A program made the translations under genes and the position numbers. Below are positions 18,222 to 29,069 of a stretch of DNA of 64,000 nucleotides, in pieces; positions within the stretch are counted from its first letter, which is position 1; the number at the start of each line of letters is the position of its first letter. Source of the DNA: a virus (taxonomy: Duplodnaviria > Caudoviricetes); the IMG/VR virus record IMGVR_UViG_3300021400_000046, positions 64,001 through 128,000 of that record; one strand, given 5' to 3'. The notes below the pieces were generated by a model. It did not search any database and was not told the origin of the DNA. It saw only the letters and a program-made list of their open reading frames with translations.

Positions 18222-21200
18222 TTTGTTCCTCCATTAAAAGAAAAATCTAATCCAGTAGTATAATCTGTAATCCACAATTCAAGGCTATCTGGTATCTGTT
18301 CCCATTCACCATCTTCATTTTTGCGCACCTTTGGTTTTCTACTGGTTCTGTTTATTTTTACTATTTCACCAACATTAAGATGTTGCTTATTAAATGTTCT
18401 TTTATCAATCTTGCAATCTAACACTTCTCCGCTTTTCAACGAATACATTTTTAAGCGTGGTGAGTATTTTGTGTCAACTGATACAACTACTGCAAACCCT
18501 GCATATCGTTCATCTGCAATATTGATATAGCCCAGGTGTTCAATTTGTGCTTTTACTTTTTCTTTAACTGTTCTTCGTTTGAAAGTGATTTGTTTTGAGA
18601 TTGCAGATAGAAGTGAAATACTATCAACGCCGGTAAACATTTTCTCTGTTTCTTTGTTTGCAAAAAGCCGCACGGTATCTTCGTTAATCCCAAGAGCTTC
18701 AACTTTATCCTTTTTAAGTTGCTTTTTGCCGTAAAGATCATCAAACAATACTGAAAGACGTTTTAGGTAATTTGCGTCCCCAAATTCTTCAAAGAAATCA
18801 AGATCAATTAGAATACCTAATTGGCGAGAATTGAGAGAGGTCTTATCTTTTAGATCGCAAAGTAAAGCAATAAAGTCATCGTACTGGTTATCTTTTAGCG
18901 CATACATTTCATCTGCAACAATACTGTTCATATATTTAATAGAAGAAATGCCCTTGAATATTTCTTTTGTTTCTTTGCTAAAACTATATTGAGAGATTGA
19001 ATGCCTAAACTTGATTGGTGAAATTTTTATACCAATGCTTTTTGCGTAATTGATAATTGCAAGACTTTTTTCTTCTTTGCCCTCAAAAATGTTTAGAGCC
19101 GTAGTAATAAATTCATACGGATAGTAATATCTCAAATAGCCACAAATATAACCAATCCATGAGTAAGGATCAGCATGGTTTTTAGAGAACAGATACGCAC
19201 TTGCATCTTTTATAACCTGTATAAAGTTCTCAATTAGTTTATCTGATTCATCTGGCTGCACATTATATTTTTCAAGCATTGTCTTTGTGAAGCCTTCTTT
19301 AATTTTTGGTATAAATTTTTCTGTACCTGTTTTCTTTGCAAATCCTCTACGAACAATATCAGCTTCGCCCATTGTGTAGCCACAGAACGAGTGCAAAAAT
19401 TCAATAACCTGTTCCTGATAAACAAGGTAGCCGAGTGTTGGTGACAAGAATTTGTTTAGAGCCTCATGCCCATTGTCTTGGTAAATACCTTTTGCCAACT
19501 TATCACGGTATGATTCACCGGCTGGCCTGATAGCACCATTACCGATAGAAAGCAAATCCATGTAGGATGCATTTGGGTTTTTATCTCTGATACTTTTAAT
19601 AGTCTCTGGACTAAAGAGCTGCTTTAGATACGACGTTGCGCTCTGAGATTCCCATTGGAATATCATTGTTGTATCGTTTACAATGCTATTCCAAACATCA
19701 ATATCGTCTGCCGGAATATTATCAGGTGTAGCAAATGGAATACCGGCAGCATCACAGGTTTTGTAAATAAGCCCAATGTTGTCAAGCCCAAGAATATCAA
19801 GTTTAACAAAGTTGAGTGAATCAATTTCCTTCATGTTAAGGAGCGAAACTGGATATTCGTCTGTTGCAGTTGTAAACGTACCAAACCATTCATCTACTGG
19901 AACGGGAGACACCACGCATCCGGCAGGGTGATTACCAACAGAAACAACAACACCATTTACCATATCTGCGTACTTAAATAGTTTTTTGTATTGCTTACGA
20001 ACATGATCTGGTGCTACCTGTTTACCATTGATAGTTTCAACTTGATCGCTTATTGCTCTTACTTCTGCCAAAGGAATATCTAAGGCTCTGCCTATATCTT
20101 GGATCGCCCCTTTTAGTGCAATTGTGTTGAATGTGACAATATCACAGCAAAAAAGACCTTCCTTGCCGTAGAGATAGTCTTTGACCGCTTTCCTATCCTC
20201 AGATAGCCAATCTGTATCAACGTCTGCAAGGCTCACTCTTTCACGGTTCATAAACCTGTCAAAGTTCAAATTGTACTTTACGCTATCAATTTCTGTAATA
20301 CCAAGAATATAGGCAATGATACTACCAGATACAGAACCGCGACTATAACCAAACTTGATATTTTTGCGGCGCATTTCGCTTTTATAGTTTTCTTCAAGCA
20401 ACATAAAGTCGATTGCACCATTGTGCTTATATGTATCGTATTCGTAATAGATACGATCAATATATTCTTTATAGTTCGGTTTCTTATTTATTTTGCGCCG
20501 AATAATCCCTTCATTGATTTTCTGCTTAAATACGCTTTCTGAATCAGCATATAGCTTTGGGTACTTAGGAGAATAATCAATAGTAAACGGTTCAACCATT
20601 TCTGCCATAACATTTGTATTTTCTATGGCTTCCATGACAACATCAATTGGTAATGATCGTTGTTTTTTATATGCTGTGATTAATTGATCCAGGGACTTAA
20701 ATGTTAAGTCCCACTTTTCTTCATTGGCGAAACGAACATCTTTTGCTTTCTGTAACATGGCTCTGCCATCCATGTGTTCATCATTTAGTGCGTGTGTATC
20801 AGTTCCGGTAATCAAAGGTACTCCAATCTCTTTTGATAATTCATACATCAGATGATTGTATTTGATCTGCTCGTCAACATTATGATGCTGAATTTCGAGG
20901 AAACACCTATGTTTATTTCTTACCAGAAACGATAGGAATTTTTCTTTTGCTGTATCTGTCCCGCTATTTAATACACCGCCAAGGCAAGCCGTTGTAATTA
21001 TTACATTATCAGAAGTTGCGAACAATTCATCAAATGAAACACGAGGCATATAGTAGAAATGATTATCTGTTCTGTTGAAAGATTGCGATACAAGTTTATT
21101 AATTTCTTTTACACCGTCATAGTTTCTTGCAATCAAAACACAATGGTAATTGTCGCGCTTCTTTTCAGACAAATCTTCTGTAAGATATGCCTCGACACAA

Positions 21201-21406
21201 TGAATATATTTCATCCCACAGGATTCAATATATTCTTTCTTTTTAAGCCATGCAAATAACGATCCGTGTTCACTGAAGGCAAACGCTTTCATGCCAAGCT
21301 CTTTTGCTGCGTCTACATAATCATGAAAATCTGTTATGCTATCAATGTTTGTAACGCCATTACTTAGCATGGAGTGTATATGATATGGAGTATAATTATT
21401 TACCAT
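18218..21406 (-). CDS. dnaE: DNA polymerase III alpha subunit (DnaE-like)
   Basis: PHP domain, SRGSVSGS, DVDTD, HPAG, KLDILGL, YQEQ, FSKNHA. Confidence 0.95.
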   Translation of the reverse strand: MVNNYTPYHIHSMLSNGVTNIDSITDFHDYVDAAKELGMKAFAFSEHGSLFAWLKKKEYIESCGMKYIHCVEAYLTEDLSEKKRDNYHCVLIARNYDGVKEINKLVSQSFNRTDNHFYYMPRVSFDELFATSDNVIITTACLGGVLNSGTDTAKEKFLSFLVRNKHRCFLEIQHHNVDEQIKYNHLMYELSKEIGVPLITGTDTHALNDEHMDGRAMLQKAKDVRFANEEKWDLTFKSLDQLITAYKKQRSLPIDVVMEAIENTNVMAEMVEPFTIDYSPKYPKLYADSESVFKQKINEGIIRRKINKKPNYKEYIDRIYYEYDTYKHNGAIDFMLLEENYKSEMRRKNIKFGYSRGSVSGSIIAYILGITEIDSVKYNLNFDRFMNRERVSLADVDTDWLSEDRKAVKDYLYGKEGLFCCDIVTFNTIALKGAIQDIGRALDIPLAEVRAISDQVETINGKQVAPDHVRKQYKKLFKYADMVNGVVVSVGNHPAGCVVSPVPVDEWFGTFTTATDEYPVSLLNMKEIDSLNFVKLDILGLDNIGLIYKTCDAAGIPFATPDNIPADDIDVWNSIVNDTTMIFQWESQSATSYLKQLFSPETIKSIRDKNPNASYMDLLSIGNGAIRPAGESYRDKLAKGIYQDNGHEALNKFLSPTLGYLVYQEQVIEFLHSFCGYTMGEADIVRRGFAKKTGTEKFIPKIKEGFTKTMLEKYNVQPDESDKLIENFIQVIKDASAYLFSKNHADPYSWIGYICGYLRYYYPYEFITTALNIFEGKEEKSLAIINYAKSIGIKISPIKFRHSISQYSFSKETKEIFKGISSIKYMNSIVADEMYALKDNQYDDFIALLCDLKDKTSLNSRQLGILIDLDFFEEFGDANYLKRLSVLFDDLYGKKQLKKDKVEALGINEDTVRLFANKETEKMFTGVDSISLLSAISKQITFKRRTVKEKVKAQIEHLGYINIADERYAGFAVVVSVDTKYSPRLKMYSLKSGEVLDCKIDKRTFNKQHLNVGEIVKINRTSRKPKVRKNEDGEWEQIPDSLELWITDYTTGLDFSFNGGTK

Positions 21407-21418
21407 GAAACACGTCCT

Positions 21419-22222
21419 TTACTTCTTTTTCTTTGCATTTGCGTATTCGCAAGAATTTCTGAAATTGCATAGATTATTACAATAGAAAAAATCTTGTGAT
21501 GGCTCAAATTCTTCTTCATTTTCTATTGTTTTTAGCGTAGTTCTAAACCATTCAAGTGTCGCTTCATATTCACTTTGCACAAATGGGATTGTTGCAAAAA
21601 TACCGCCATCCTTAAAATGATTCCACGTTATTTCTTTTGGCGTTTCTCCATATAATTCTTTCACTGCATGGCAGTACAAATACATTTGCTTTTTATAGAG
21701 ATTAAAACTGTGTTCTGATTTCTTTTTCACGGTTTTACCATCTTGCTTAAATGGATATTCTGTGCTTTTGTGATCTAACACAACAATTCTGCCGTCTTTC
21801 TTATCTCTTAAAAGCAAATCTATGTAGCCTATGAAATTATAGTTATCAACCTTGAATTTGACTTCAAGTTCAACGCCAATTATCTCATAATCGTCTAACC
21901 AACTCAGATCAAGATTGTCAAAATAATCTACAACAGAATAAAATGTTTTGTCCATCGTGGCTTGTTTAACTTTATAGAAAACATTGTTATCATAGTTATC
22001 TATAAAATATTTCGTTGCATCTTCTGGCTTTATTTCGCCGGAGAATATTTTTGCAAGAATATCATGGACGAAACTACCAACTTCTGCGTAGTAGTTGTTT
22101 TCTGATAAGTAAAGATCATCGTCATTGATAACATAATCAAGGTAGTATTCATATTTACAATGAGAAAAACAGGTGGTGCGGGAGTACGACCAACGAGTTT
22201 TGTGTTCATTGTTCTGCGCCAT
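21419..22222 (-). CDS. PD-(D/E)XK exonuclease (RecB/Cas4-like)
   Basis: WSYS, GSFVH, GYIDL, DHKS, QMYLY, C-terminal cysteines. Confidence 0.85.
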   Translation of the reverse strand: MAQNNEHKTRWSYSRTTCFSHCKYEYYLDYVINDDDLYLSENNYYAEVGSFVHDILAKIFSGEIKPEDATKYFIDNYDNNVFYKVKQATMDKTFYSVVDYFDNLDLSWLDDYEIIGVELEVKFKVDNYNFIGYIDLLLRDKKDGRIVVLDHKSTEYPFKQDGKTVKKKSEHSFNLYKKQMYLYCHAVKELYGETPKEITWNHFKDGGIFATIPFVQSEYEATLEWFRTTLKTIENEEEFEPSQDFFYCNNLCNFRNSCEYANAKKKK

Positions 22223-22224
22223 TC

Positions 22225-23232
22225 CTACACCACCTTTCTTTTATTAAGATAGAGTTCATTCCATATATCTAAACCGCAATCTGCGGGTGAGTTTTTAGCA
22301 TCTTTACCGCCAAGCAGCCCATCTTTGTCCTGGATGATATAGACATTCGTTATTCGTCTAAGGCGTTCTATATCTTCCCATACTTCTCCTTGCTTATAGT
22401 CAATATCTGAATCGTAGGCGAGTACAACGTCTACTTTTAATTTAGCCAAAAGAGAAATCTGTTCAGGTGTTAGTGTGTGCTTTTCAGCAGATGCGCAGTT
22501 TTTGTAACCCCATCCATAGGCTTTCATAACGCTCTTAATTGATTCAAATATAATGATCTCATTCTTTTCTTTTATATACGGCAATGTTATTTCCAGACCT
22601 TGAAAATAATCCATTGTACCAACTTTGTAGTAGTTCATATATTTAGCAAGTTTGAGCGCCTTATAGTTTGCGTACCTTGTTCTGCCTTTAATATTGATTA
22701 GGTTGCCGTCTATATCATAAACAGGGTAAACAATCCTATTGCCGTATGTGTCTATCCTTATTCCAAATAAATCAAGAACATCTGGTTTAATACCCTCGCT
22801 TATCCATTCTGTTGCTTTCTCTGTTTTAGAGAATTTTTCTAATTCTTTTTTGGGTATAATCTCATGTTTGACTACTTCAATCTTTGGCATTAAAGCTGTT
22901 CTCCATCGTTTCAACATGGAGATCGTTCTTGATTGACACATTTTTGACATATCAACATTTGCAAGAACAGAAGCCTTTTCAACTGCGCTATCAAAATCAA
23001 GACCCTCAAAGTCAATTAGAAAACCAATCATTCCTCCTGATCTACCACAGGAAAAACAATAGTATGAATTTTTGGCGGGAGTAAACGACAATGATGCGGT
23101 TTTATCTTGATGCAGCGGGCAATGTGCGAAATAGTCATTGCCGCGCTGTTCAAGTTCCATAGTTTGTTGGGCGTAGGCTAATAGGTCAGCGTTATCGTTG
23201 ATTTCGCGGAGCATATCATCATCATATTCCAT
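22225..23232 (-). CDS. DNA primase
   Basis: CHC2 zinc finger (CPLH..CFSC) plus toprim-like region. Confidence 0.9.
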   Translation of the reverse strand: MEYDDDMLREINDNADLLAYAQQTMELEQRGNDYFAHCPLHQDKTASLSFTPAKNSYYCFSCGRSGGMIGFLIDFEGLDFDSAVEKASVLANVDMSKMCQSRTISMLKRWRTALMPKIEVVKHEIIPKKELEKFSKTEKATEWISEGIKPDVLDLFGIRIDTYGNRIVYPVYDIDGNLINIKGRTRYANYKALKLAKYMNYYKVGTMDYFQGLEITLPYIKEKNEIIIFESIKSVMKAYGWGYKNCASAEKHTLTPEQISLLAKLKVDVVLAYDSDIDYKQGEVWEDIERLRRITNVYIIQDKDGLLGGKDAKNSPADCGLDIWNELYLNKRKVV

Positions 23233-23253
23233 CCAACCGTTTGCCTCCCGTCA

Positions 23254-24594
23254 TTAGAATGTGCTATCTTTTTTGTGTTGTGCAGCCTCAACAATTGTCA
23301 TTGTGTCGCCCGAAAATACAAAGTCGATATAATCATCTTCATCGAGCATCTGTTGCCCCAATCTGTTCACATAGATTTTTGCATAAGCATTACCACAAGC
23401 CATTCCGTCATTTGCTATCATTTCTTGTGTCTTATAACCCCACTTAATGCCAACAGATAGATAACGGTTGATCTTGTCTGAGTCTGCAACCTCACCAACA
23501 CGGTTGAGCTGGCAAGCAGATAGGACGGCAAGATCAAGCTCACCGGCAATTCTATTCTTTAGGAAATCGCACTTCGCACCGAGGATATTGTAGTTATCGC
23601 TTGTGCTGGTTTCATTTGATTTGATATAGTCATAAACCACAAATGCAAGCCCCATCTTGTATTTTAGCATTTTGCAGATCGAGTAAAGTTTTTCATTTGT
23701 CATGTTTGGATCATAAATATGAACAAATGGTTGGTCTTTGATCCATTTAATACACGCTTTAATCTTTTCTGCTTCTGCATCAGTGTAGTTACCGTTTTTG
23801 ATGCGTTTAATTTCAATTCCGGTAATGTGTGAAATAAGTCTTTCTGTATAAAGCCGTGTTTGCATTTCTGTATCAATTACAAGAGTTGGTACACCATTTT
23901 TAAGTTTATGAACAACTTCATTCATAAGAAAAACAGTTTTGCCGTTTTTATATTTTGCTTGTAGAACAACTAATTCACCAGTTTCATATGAAAAGAAGTT
24001 ATTAAACAAGCTATACTTTGATGGGATGCCATATGTACCGTTATCATTTCGCCGGTCACATATTTCTTTCCAAATATCATCAATTTCTGAGCCAAGTGTA
24101 TGCACTTCGTTAGAAGAAATGTATTTTTGAGTCAATTTGTCAAGTTCGTCATATACTTCATTGCTTAACGCATCTAAACTTTTATTCTTCTTAAAGCACT
24201 TAGCGGAAATGCCGTTTAATGTTTTAATCAGATCACGCTTGAAGGCGAATGTTACAATGTTCTCTGCAAGCATGATATATTCTTCTAATGAATCTCGTGC
24301 AGTTTCTTTATATAGTTCTAAAAATTCTTGGACAGATGGGAGGTTATATTTCTCAATGGTTTTAGAAACGCCTGGGTGACTTTGGAGCTTATTTGAAATG
24401 TTATAAGCATCAATATTTGTTATGCCCTCTTTGTATAACTCTTGTATCGCCCAATAAATGCAGCCGTTTTCTACACCATAAAAATAGTTAGGATGGAGAT
24501 AATCAGTGTGTAGTATAAAATCTGGATGTTGAATCAGTGTCCCGATTACTCCGCTTTCAGATTGAATATCGGATAGTTCATTTATATCCATCAC
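23254..24594 (-). CDS. dnaB: Replicative DnaB-like helicase
   Basis: N-terminal SE.GVIG, AKYKNGKT Walker A, DTEM, DYI, CQLNR. Confidence 0.9.
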   Translation of the reverse strand: MMDINELSDIQSESGVIGTLIQHPDFILHTDYLHPNYFYGVENGCIYWAIQELYKEGITNIDAYNISNKLQSHPGVSKTIEKYNLPSVQEFLELYKETARDSLEEYIMLAENIVTFAFKRDLIKTLNGISAKCFKKNKSLDALSNEVYDELDKLTQKYISSNEVHTLGSEIDDIWKEICDRRNDNGTYGIPSKYSLFNNFFSYETGELVVLQAKYKNGKTVFLMNEVVHKLKNGVPTLVIDTEMQTRLYTERLISHITGIEIKRIKNGNYTDAEAEKIKACIKWIKDQPFVHIYDPNMTNEKLYSICKMLKYKMGLAFVVYDYIKSNETSTSDNYNILGAKCDFLKNRIAGELDLAVLSACQLNRVGEVADSDKINRYLSVGIKWGYKTQEMIANDGMACGNAYAKIYVNRLGQQMLDEDDYIDFVFSGDTMTIVEAAQHKKDSTF

Positions 24595-25103
24595 TTATCA
24601 CCTCCAAATACACTACCGAAACCAAATTTCTTTTTTGGAAGATTAAATGATGGCGTATCGTCACTATCTTTAGCAGTAAAACCATTGAGATCAATTTTGT
24701 TCTCTTTTGCTTTCTGCTTCTGGTAAGCATCCTGGATTTCTTTCTTGTTTACGAAATACTTAAAGCCGCCAGGAAACCTTAATGGCATTTTGTTTTTAAC
24801 TACATAATCAAAAACAAACACTAAATATTCGGATGAAATACCTCTTACGAGAAGATTGTTTAGCTCACGGAACAACTGACTAAAGACAACTGTTTGGTCG
24901 ATATGTAATACCCATTGATTTTTGATATACTGAAGGTCGGACTTTGTTTTTTCGTCTTTCCATTCTCCGGCTCTCTTTTTCTTCAAGCATTCCGTATGGT
25001 AATACATTGATTTGCCAACAAGGGTATAATCATCTTTTGTTATATCAATCGTCTTACATGGACACATTTCATATCTGCAAGTCTTAATGTCAGTTTTTCT
25101 CAC
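24591..25103 (-). CDS. Hypothetical replication-module protein
   Basis: ORF coupled to helicase gene. Confidence 0.65.
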   Translation of the reverse strand: MRKTDIKTCRYEMCPCKTIDITKDDYTLVGKSMYYHTECLKKKRAGEWKDEKTKSDLQYIKNQWVLHIDQTVVFSQLFRELNNLLVRGISSEYLVFVFDYVVKNKMPLRFPGGFKYFVNKKEIQDAYQKQKAKENKIDLNGFTAKDSDDTPSFNLPKKKFGFGSVFGGDK

Positions 25104-25104
25104 T

Positions 25105-25722
25105 TTATTCCTCTCTTTCTAACAAATATGTTGATTCAAGATCGGATAAGTGTAATGCAAGAACAAGAGGGTATTTACGAATTGCAAGGCCAAGCGCATT
25201 CCAATTCTCTTTTGGCTCTGTAAAACCCATATGCCAACGAATCGCATATCTCTCTGCTGGTTGCAATTTGATAAATTCTTCAATCATCATTACGGACTTT
25301 TCACCATGCCCATAAGGAATTTTATCGTCTACGGTATAGCCAGGAACGGAAACCCAATCAAATCTACCGTTTGAGTCTGACTTCGCACCAGTTTCGCTAT
25401 AAACCTTCTTATTTTTGAACTCCGTAACATAGTAATAGCATTTACACAAATCATGGAGCAATGCTGCAATAATTAAGCTATCTTCTGTCAGGTTTCCAAA
25501 AGAGTCCTTCCAAACACTATCTTTTACTTTTTCTATAAGACGGTCATAAACATTAAGCGTATGTTCTAACAAGCCACCTTCATGACAAGAGTGAAACCTT
25601 GTTGAAGCCGGGGCGGTATAGAAGTCTGACTTTCTAATAAACTCAATCAGACTATCTACACCGTCACGTTTTGTACTCTTTAATAAATGTTCAAACCGTT
25701 CTACATTTTTGTTCTCTACCAT
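25105..25722 (-). CDS. HD-domain phosphohydrolase
   Basis: APASTRFH..HEGGLLEH, LLHDLCK, GHGEKS. Confidence 0.88.
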   Translation of the reverse strand: MVENKNVERFEHLLKSTKRDGVDSLIEFIRKSDFYTAPASTRFHSCHEGGLLEHTLNVYDRLIEKVKDSVWKDSFGNLTEDSLIIAALLHDLCKCYYYVTEFKNKKVYSETGAKSDSNGRFDWVSVPGYTVDDKIPYGHGEKSVMMIEEFIKLQPAERYAIRWHMGFTEPKENWNALGLAIRKYPLVLALHLSDLESTYLLEREE

Positions 25723-25727
25723 GATAA

Positions 25728-26216
25728 TTAGAACGGCAGATCGTTGTCGTCATCATCTTCTTCAACTTCCTTCTTCTTTTCCTTGGAAGCCTTTGAAGCG
25801 GCTGACTTCTTCGCAGAGCCAGACGAAGCGTTGCTATCAAGCAGATCGAAGTCATAAATCACATAATTGTTATAACCCTTCTTGGTTTCTGCGTTGTAAG
25901 GAGTGGTAGCTTCACAATTCGTAATCTGAATACCTACACCCTTTTCAGAAACTTCGATGTTCTGTGCCTTGTTATGTGCTTTGCCAACAAGACGAACAAA
26001 ACCAGACTGGAAATCAGTCTCATAACCTTCGCCATCTCTGCGCTTTTTGCTCGTAGAAACCTTGGCAACGGAGTACCGCCCATTATCCTCAACACTCCAA
26101 ATTCGCGCAAAGCCGCCAACTTGATTAGACTTTAGCGCAGCTTCTAACTTGTCCTGGTCAACCTTCAGCGCAGCGGCGGCCTTTTCAAGATTATAACTAT
26201 TACTTCTAAATCCCAT
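25728..26216 (-). CDS. ssb: Single-stranded DNA-binding protein
   Basis: OB-like region with acidic tail ending DLPF. Confidence 0.8.
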   Translation of the reverse strand: MGFRSNSYNLEKAAAALKVDQDKLEAALKSNQVGGFARIWSVEDNGRYSVAKVSTSKKRRDGEGYETDFQSGFVRLVGKAHNKAQNIEVSEKGVGIQITNCEATTPYNAETKKGYNNYVIYDFDLLDSNASSGSAKKSAASKASKEKKKEVEEDDDDNDLPF

Positions 26217-26223
26217 GTTTTTC

Positions 26224-26859
26224 TCACTTTCTAACAGCAAGAAGCTGTTTCCTTAACTTTTCAAGCACATCAGCATCATTGATGTTTGAAATCTTACCAG
26301 TAATAAATTCATCTTCCATATCGGGGTTTACAGACTTCTCAGCAGCTTTACAAAGCTCAATAGCCTTTCCCTTCGCCTTTTCAGACAATGCAGACTTCTT
26401 CTTCGCAAGTTCTGCAACTTCATCCTGAAGGTCAATTACTCTCGAAACCAATTCAGGGAGTTCTTCGCCCTCAAAGAGATGGAGTGACAATCCGTGCATA
26501 GCACAGGCTTTAACAAGGCAACGCTTCATACTCTTGTTAGCATCAACGCTTGTAATCTGATCTGCCGGAATAGATTTATTCTTAAAATCCATGATCGCAA
26601 GCGTTTCAACGATTTCAAGACCTTCAATAGTAACACCAACTTCAACCCAACCAGTACGGCCATCATCGTGCCAATAACGGGTGTTGCCATTTTCATCAAC
26701 TTGTGGATAAACCTTGAATGTTGCATCTGGATAAGCCTTTTTAACTTCTGCCCAAGCGGAAGCCCAAGCGAGGTATTTCAGGCCGTTCTTCTCTTTGAAC
26801 TTGTCAGATAGGTCAATCTTGCTCAATGTTTCAAAGACATTTGTTTTATTTGCGTCCAT
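26224..26859 (-). CDS. DUF1071/Sak-like single-strand annealing protein
   Basis: GLKYLAWASAW, NKS.KRCLVKA.AMHGL. Confidence 0.85.
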   Translation of the reverse strand: MDANKTNVFETLSKIDLSDKFKEKNGLKYLAWASAWAEVKKAYPDATFKVYPQVDENGNTRYWHDDGRTGWVEVGVTIEGLEIVETLAIMDFKNKSIPADQITSVDANKSMKRCLVKACAMHGLSLHLFEGEELPELVSRVIDLQDEVAELAKKKSALSEKAKGKAIELCKAAEKSVNPDMEDEFITGKISNINDADVLEKLRKQLLAVRK

Positions 26860-26869
26860 TAACTAACTC

Positions 26870-27658
26870 CTAATCATCTTCTATAATTTGGAAATGTAAA
26901 TTACCTGTATGTTTCCTTTTACCATGACATACCGCAGATATTTTACTCATACTACATCCAGTATCTATCGACGCTTCTTTAACTGTTTCATACACTTTGC
27001 CAGTATCTAAACAAATAACACGTCTTGCATTTGGATTTTGAGCGCCAGAATACCAGATTTTGTTTTTCTTCATCTTCTCTATCGCTTCTTTTGATTTTGA
27101 AGCATGATTCAATTTTTCAATATGCTCTTTTGACAGTTTCTTACCATACATAGGATTATTTTTACCAGAACAATCATAATGGTTGTCTTTCATTTTATCT
27201 TTGGTTTCCTTTGAGAAAACTCTACCTTTTAATGCTGCGCTTATTTTTATCCCGAATCCGTCTGGTTTTGGTATACCTTTTCTGCTTTCGCTCATTTTTC
27301 TTTTCGCTTCTTCTGTGTGATGTTTACCAAACCACGGGCTATCGCTACCAGAATAACCTTCGCCACCAGGAGTTACATTGTAGCCATAATCAGTATTTCT
27401 GGTTTTATATTGAGAAATCATTTCTATTTCTCTTTCTTTTGCAGTTTTTTCATCAAGATCAGAAAACAGTATTTCATGTTCAAAGTTACTCCACCCATAT
27501 TTTTTAATTGCGTTATTAAAATGTGGAGAACTCTTATATCCTTTACCGTTTCTAAACCTTTGATTTAATTCTTGGCAAGTAATCCCTATATACTTTTTGC
27601 CGTTTATCTTATTAGTATGGCAATAAACAACATATTTTTTATCTTCATTATGCTTCAT
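26870..27658 (-). CDS. GIY-YIG homing endonuclease with NUMOD3 repeats
   Basis: VYCHTNKINGKKYIGIT; GKHHTEEAKRKMS. Confidence 0.9.
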   Translation of the reverse strand: MKHNEDKKYVVYCHTNKINGKKYIGITCQELNQRFRNGKGYKSSPHFNNAIKKYGWSNFEHEILFSDLDEKTAKEREIEMISQYKTRNTDYGYNVTPGGEGYSGSDSPWFGKHHTEEAKRKMSESRKGIPKPDGFGIKISAALKGRVFSKETKDKMKDNHYDCSGKNNPMYGKKLSKEHIEKLNHASKSKEAIEKMKKNKIWYSGAQNPNARRVICLDTGKVYETVKEASIDTGCSMSKISAVCHGKRKHTGNLHFQIIEDD

Positions 27659-27761
27659 AATAAATCACAGCCAATGCGGTATGCCGTTAATAAACAAACA
27701 AATTAACCACCTCCAAATAATTTGGTATCTATATATCATCACTCAAAAGAGTGTAATTGTA

Positions 27762-28751
27762 TCAATGTGCCTGTTCATCTGCAAAATGAAGAAGCATAAT
27801 ATCATTCATCATATCTTCACCGAGCAAAGCAACATCTCGTTTCTTTGCCTTTTCAGATTGTTTCCATTCCATATATGGAGCCATGTGATAATAGATAAGG
27901 TTTATTACTCTAACCATATCTTTATAAGCTCCGATCTGGTTTATGTAAAACATTGCATTATAAGCGCCTACATTTTGATGATTGTAGTAATGGTAATCTC
28001 CATCAAATTCACGCTTTGAATTTAGCCGCGTTTTCGTGTACAGTTTGCCATTATCATGTAATAATGCTGCCAGTTGCAAAGCATAATCATCTGGCCTTTG
28101 TTTCTTCACATACTCATAGGCTGCAATGCTATGCCCACCAAGAGTAAGAGTATGATGCTTGTTATCCTGGCTAAAACCATTTGCTTTTTTCAAATACGAT
28201 TGGAGATCAAATTCTTTTTGTGGTGTATGAGTAATGTTTTTATTCTCGTCAAGATATGAGAACACAAATTGAATATAGTCAAAGCCCTCGTTGAAATCAG
28301 GCGGTGCAAAGCTCATTTGCATACGTTTGATAACGTCTACAGGAACCTTACGCTCTCTTTGATTGTTATTGTGCAAACAAGCGTCAAAAGTTGTTGCAAA
28401 ACAAATACAGTATTTCTCGCAATTAATATTCTTTAATTCTGAAATGAACTGTATACGGGTTTTCTTTTTTAAGCAAGTTGCATCATAAACAACATCTTTA
28501 CCAGAAGAAAGATCACGTTTAATTCTTGCATGAAGTTCATTAAACAGTTTGCCATTATCGCCTTGGATTGCCTCGTCTCCATACAATTCTTTTCGTAGAG
28601 CATCGGACGAATGAATAACAGGTCGAGTTGTTCTTCCGTCTGGATTGGTAATCTCAATGTTCTTTGCGTATGTACTCTTTCCACTACCAGGCAAACCAAT
28701 AGTCATAATCAAAATTGGGTTGTCATGGTATTTATTGATAATATCACTCAT
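27762..28751 (-). CDS. Polynucleotide kinase (AAA_33) plus HD domain
   Basis: GLPGSGKST, SSD.LR, DAT; LLHDNGK. Confidence 0.85.
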   Translation of the reverse strand: MSDIINKYHDNPILIMTIGLPGSGKSTYAKNIEITNPDGRTTRPVIHSSDALRKELYGDEAIQGDNGKLFNELHARIKRDLSSGKDVVYDATCLKKKTRIQFISELKNINCEKYCICFATTFDACLHNNNQRERKVPVDVIKRMQMSFAPPDFNEGFDYIQFVFSYLDENKNITHTPQKEFDLQSYLKKANGFSQDNKHHTLTLGGHSIAAYEYVKKQRPDDYALQLAALLHDNGKLYTKTRLNSKREFDGDYHYYNHQNVGAYNAMFYINQIGAYKDMVRVINLIYYHMAPYMEWKQSEKAKKRDVALLGEDMMNDIMLLHFADEQAH

Positions 28752-29059
28752 TCTTCATCTTTCTTTGCACTTATGGGATTAATTTCTTCTTCTGTAACTT
28801 CACCGTTATTCTTTTCCTGTGGTGCTTGTTCTTGCTTTTCATCTTTGATAACAAGTTTACCGTTTTGTAGATTTCTACCGCAATACTTCTTCGCAGATTC
28901 AAGACGTTTCATAAGTGGAAGCGAACTGTCTGTAAGCAAATCATAAATAACTTTACTAACAGACTGTGCGCCAACAGACAACCCACGGTAAAATTGCTTT
29001 TTCATTGCGTCACGCAACACTTCATCAAATTTGTTTTCTTGTTCTTTAGTAAGTGCCAT
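28748..29059 (-). CDS. Hypothetical protein
   Basis: ORF with RBS. Confidence 0.65.
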   Translation of the reverse strand: MALTKEQENKFDEVLRDAMKKQFYRGLSVGAQSVSKVIYDLLTDSSLPLMKRLESAKKYCGRNLQNGKLVIKDEKQEQAPQEKNNGEVTEEEINPISAKKDEE

Positions 29060-29069
29060 TTTTCTCTCC

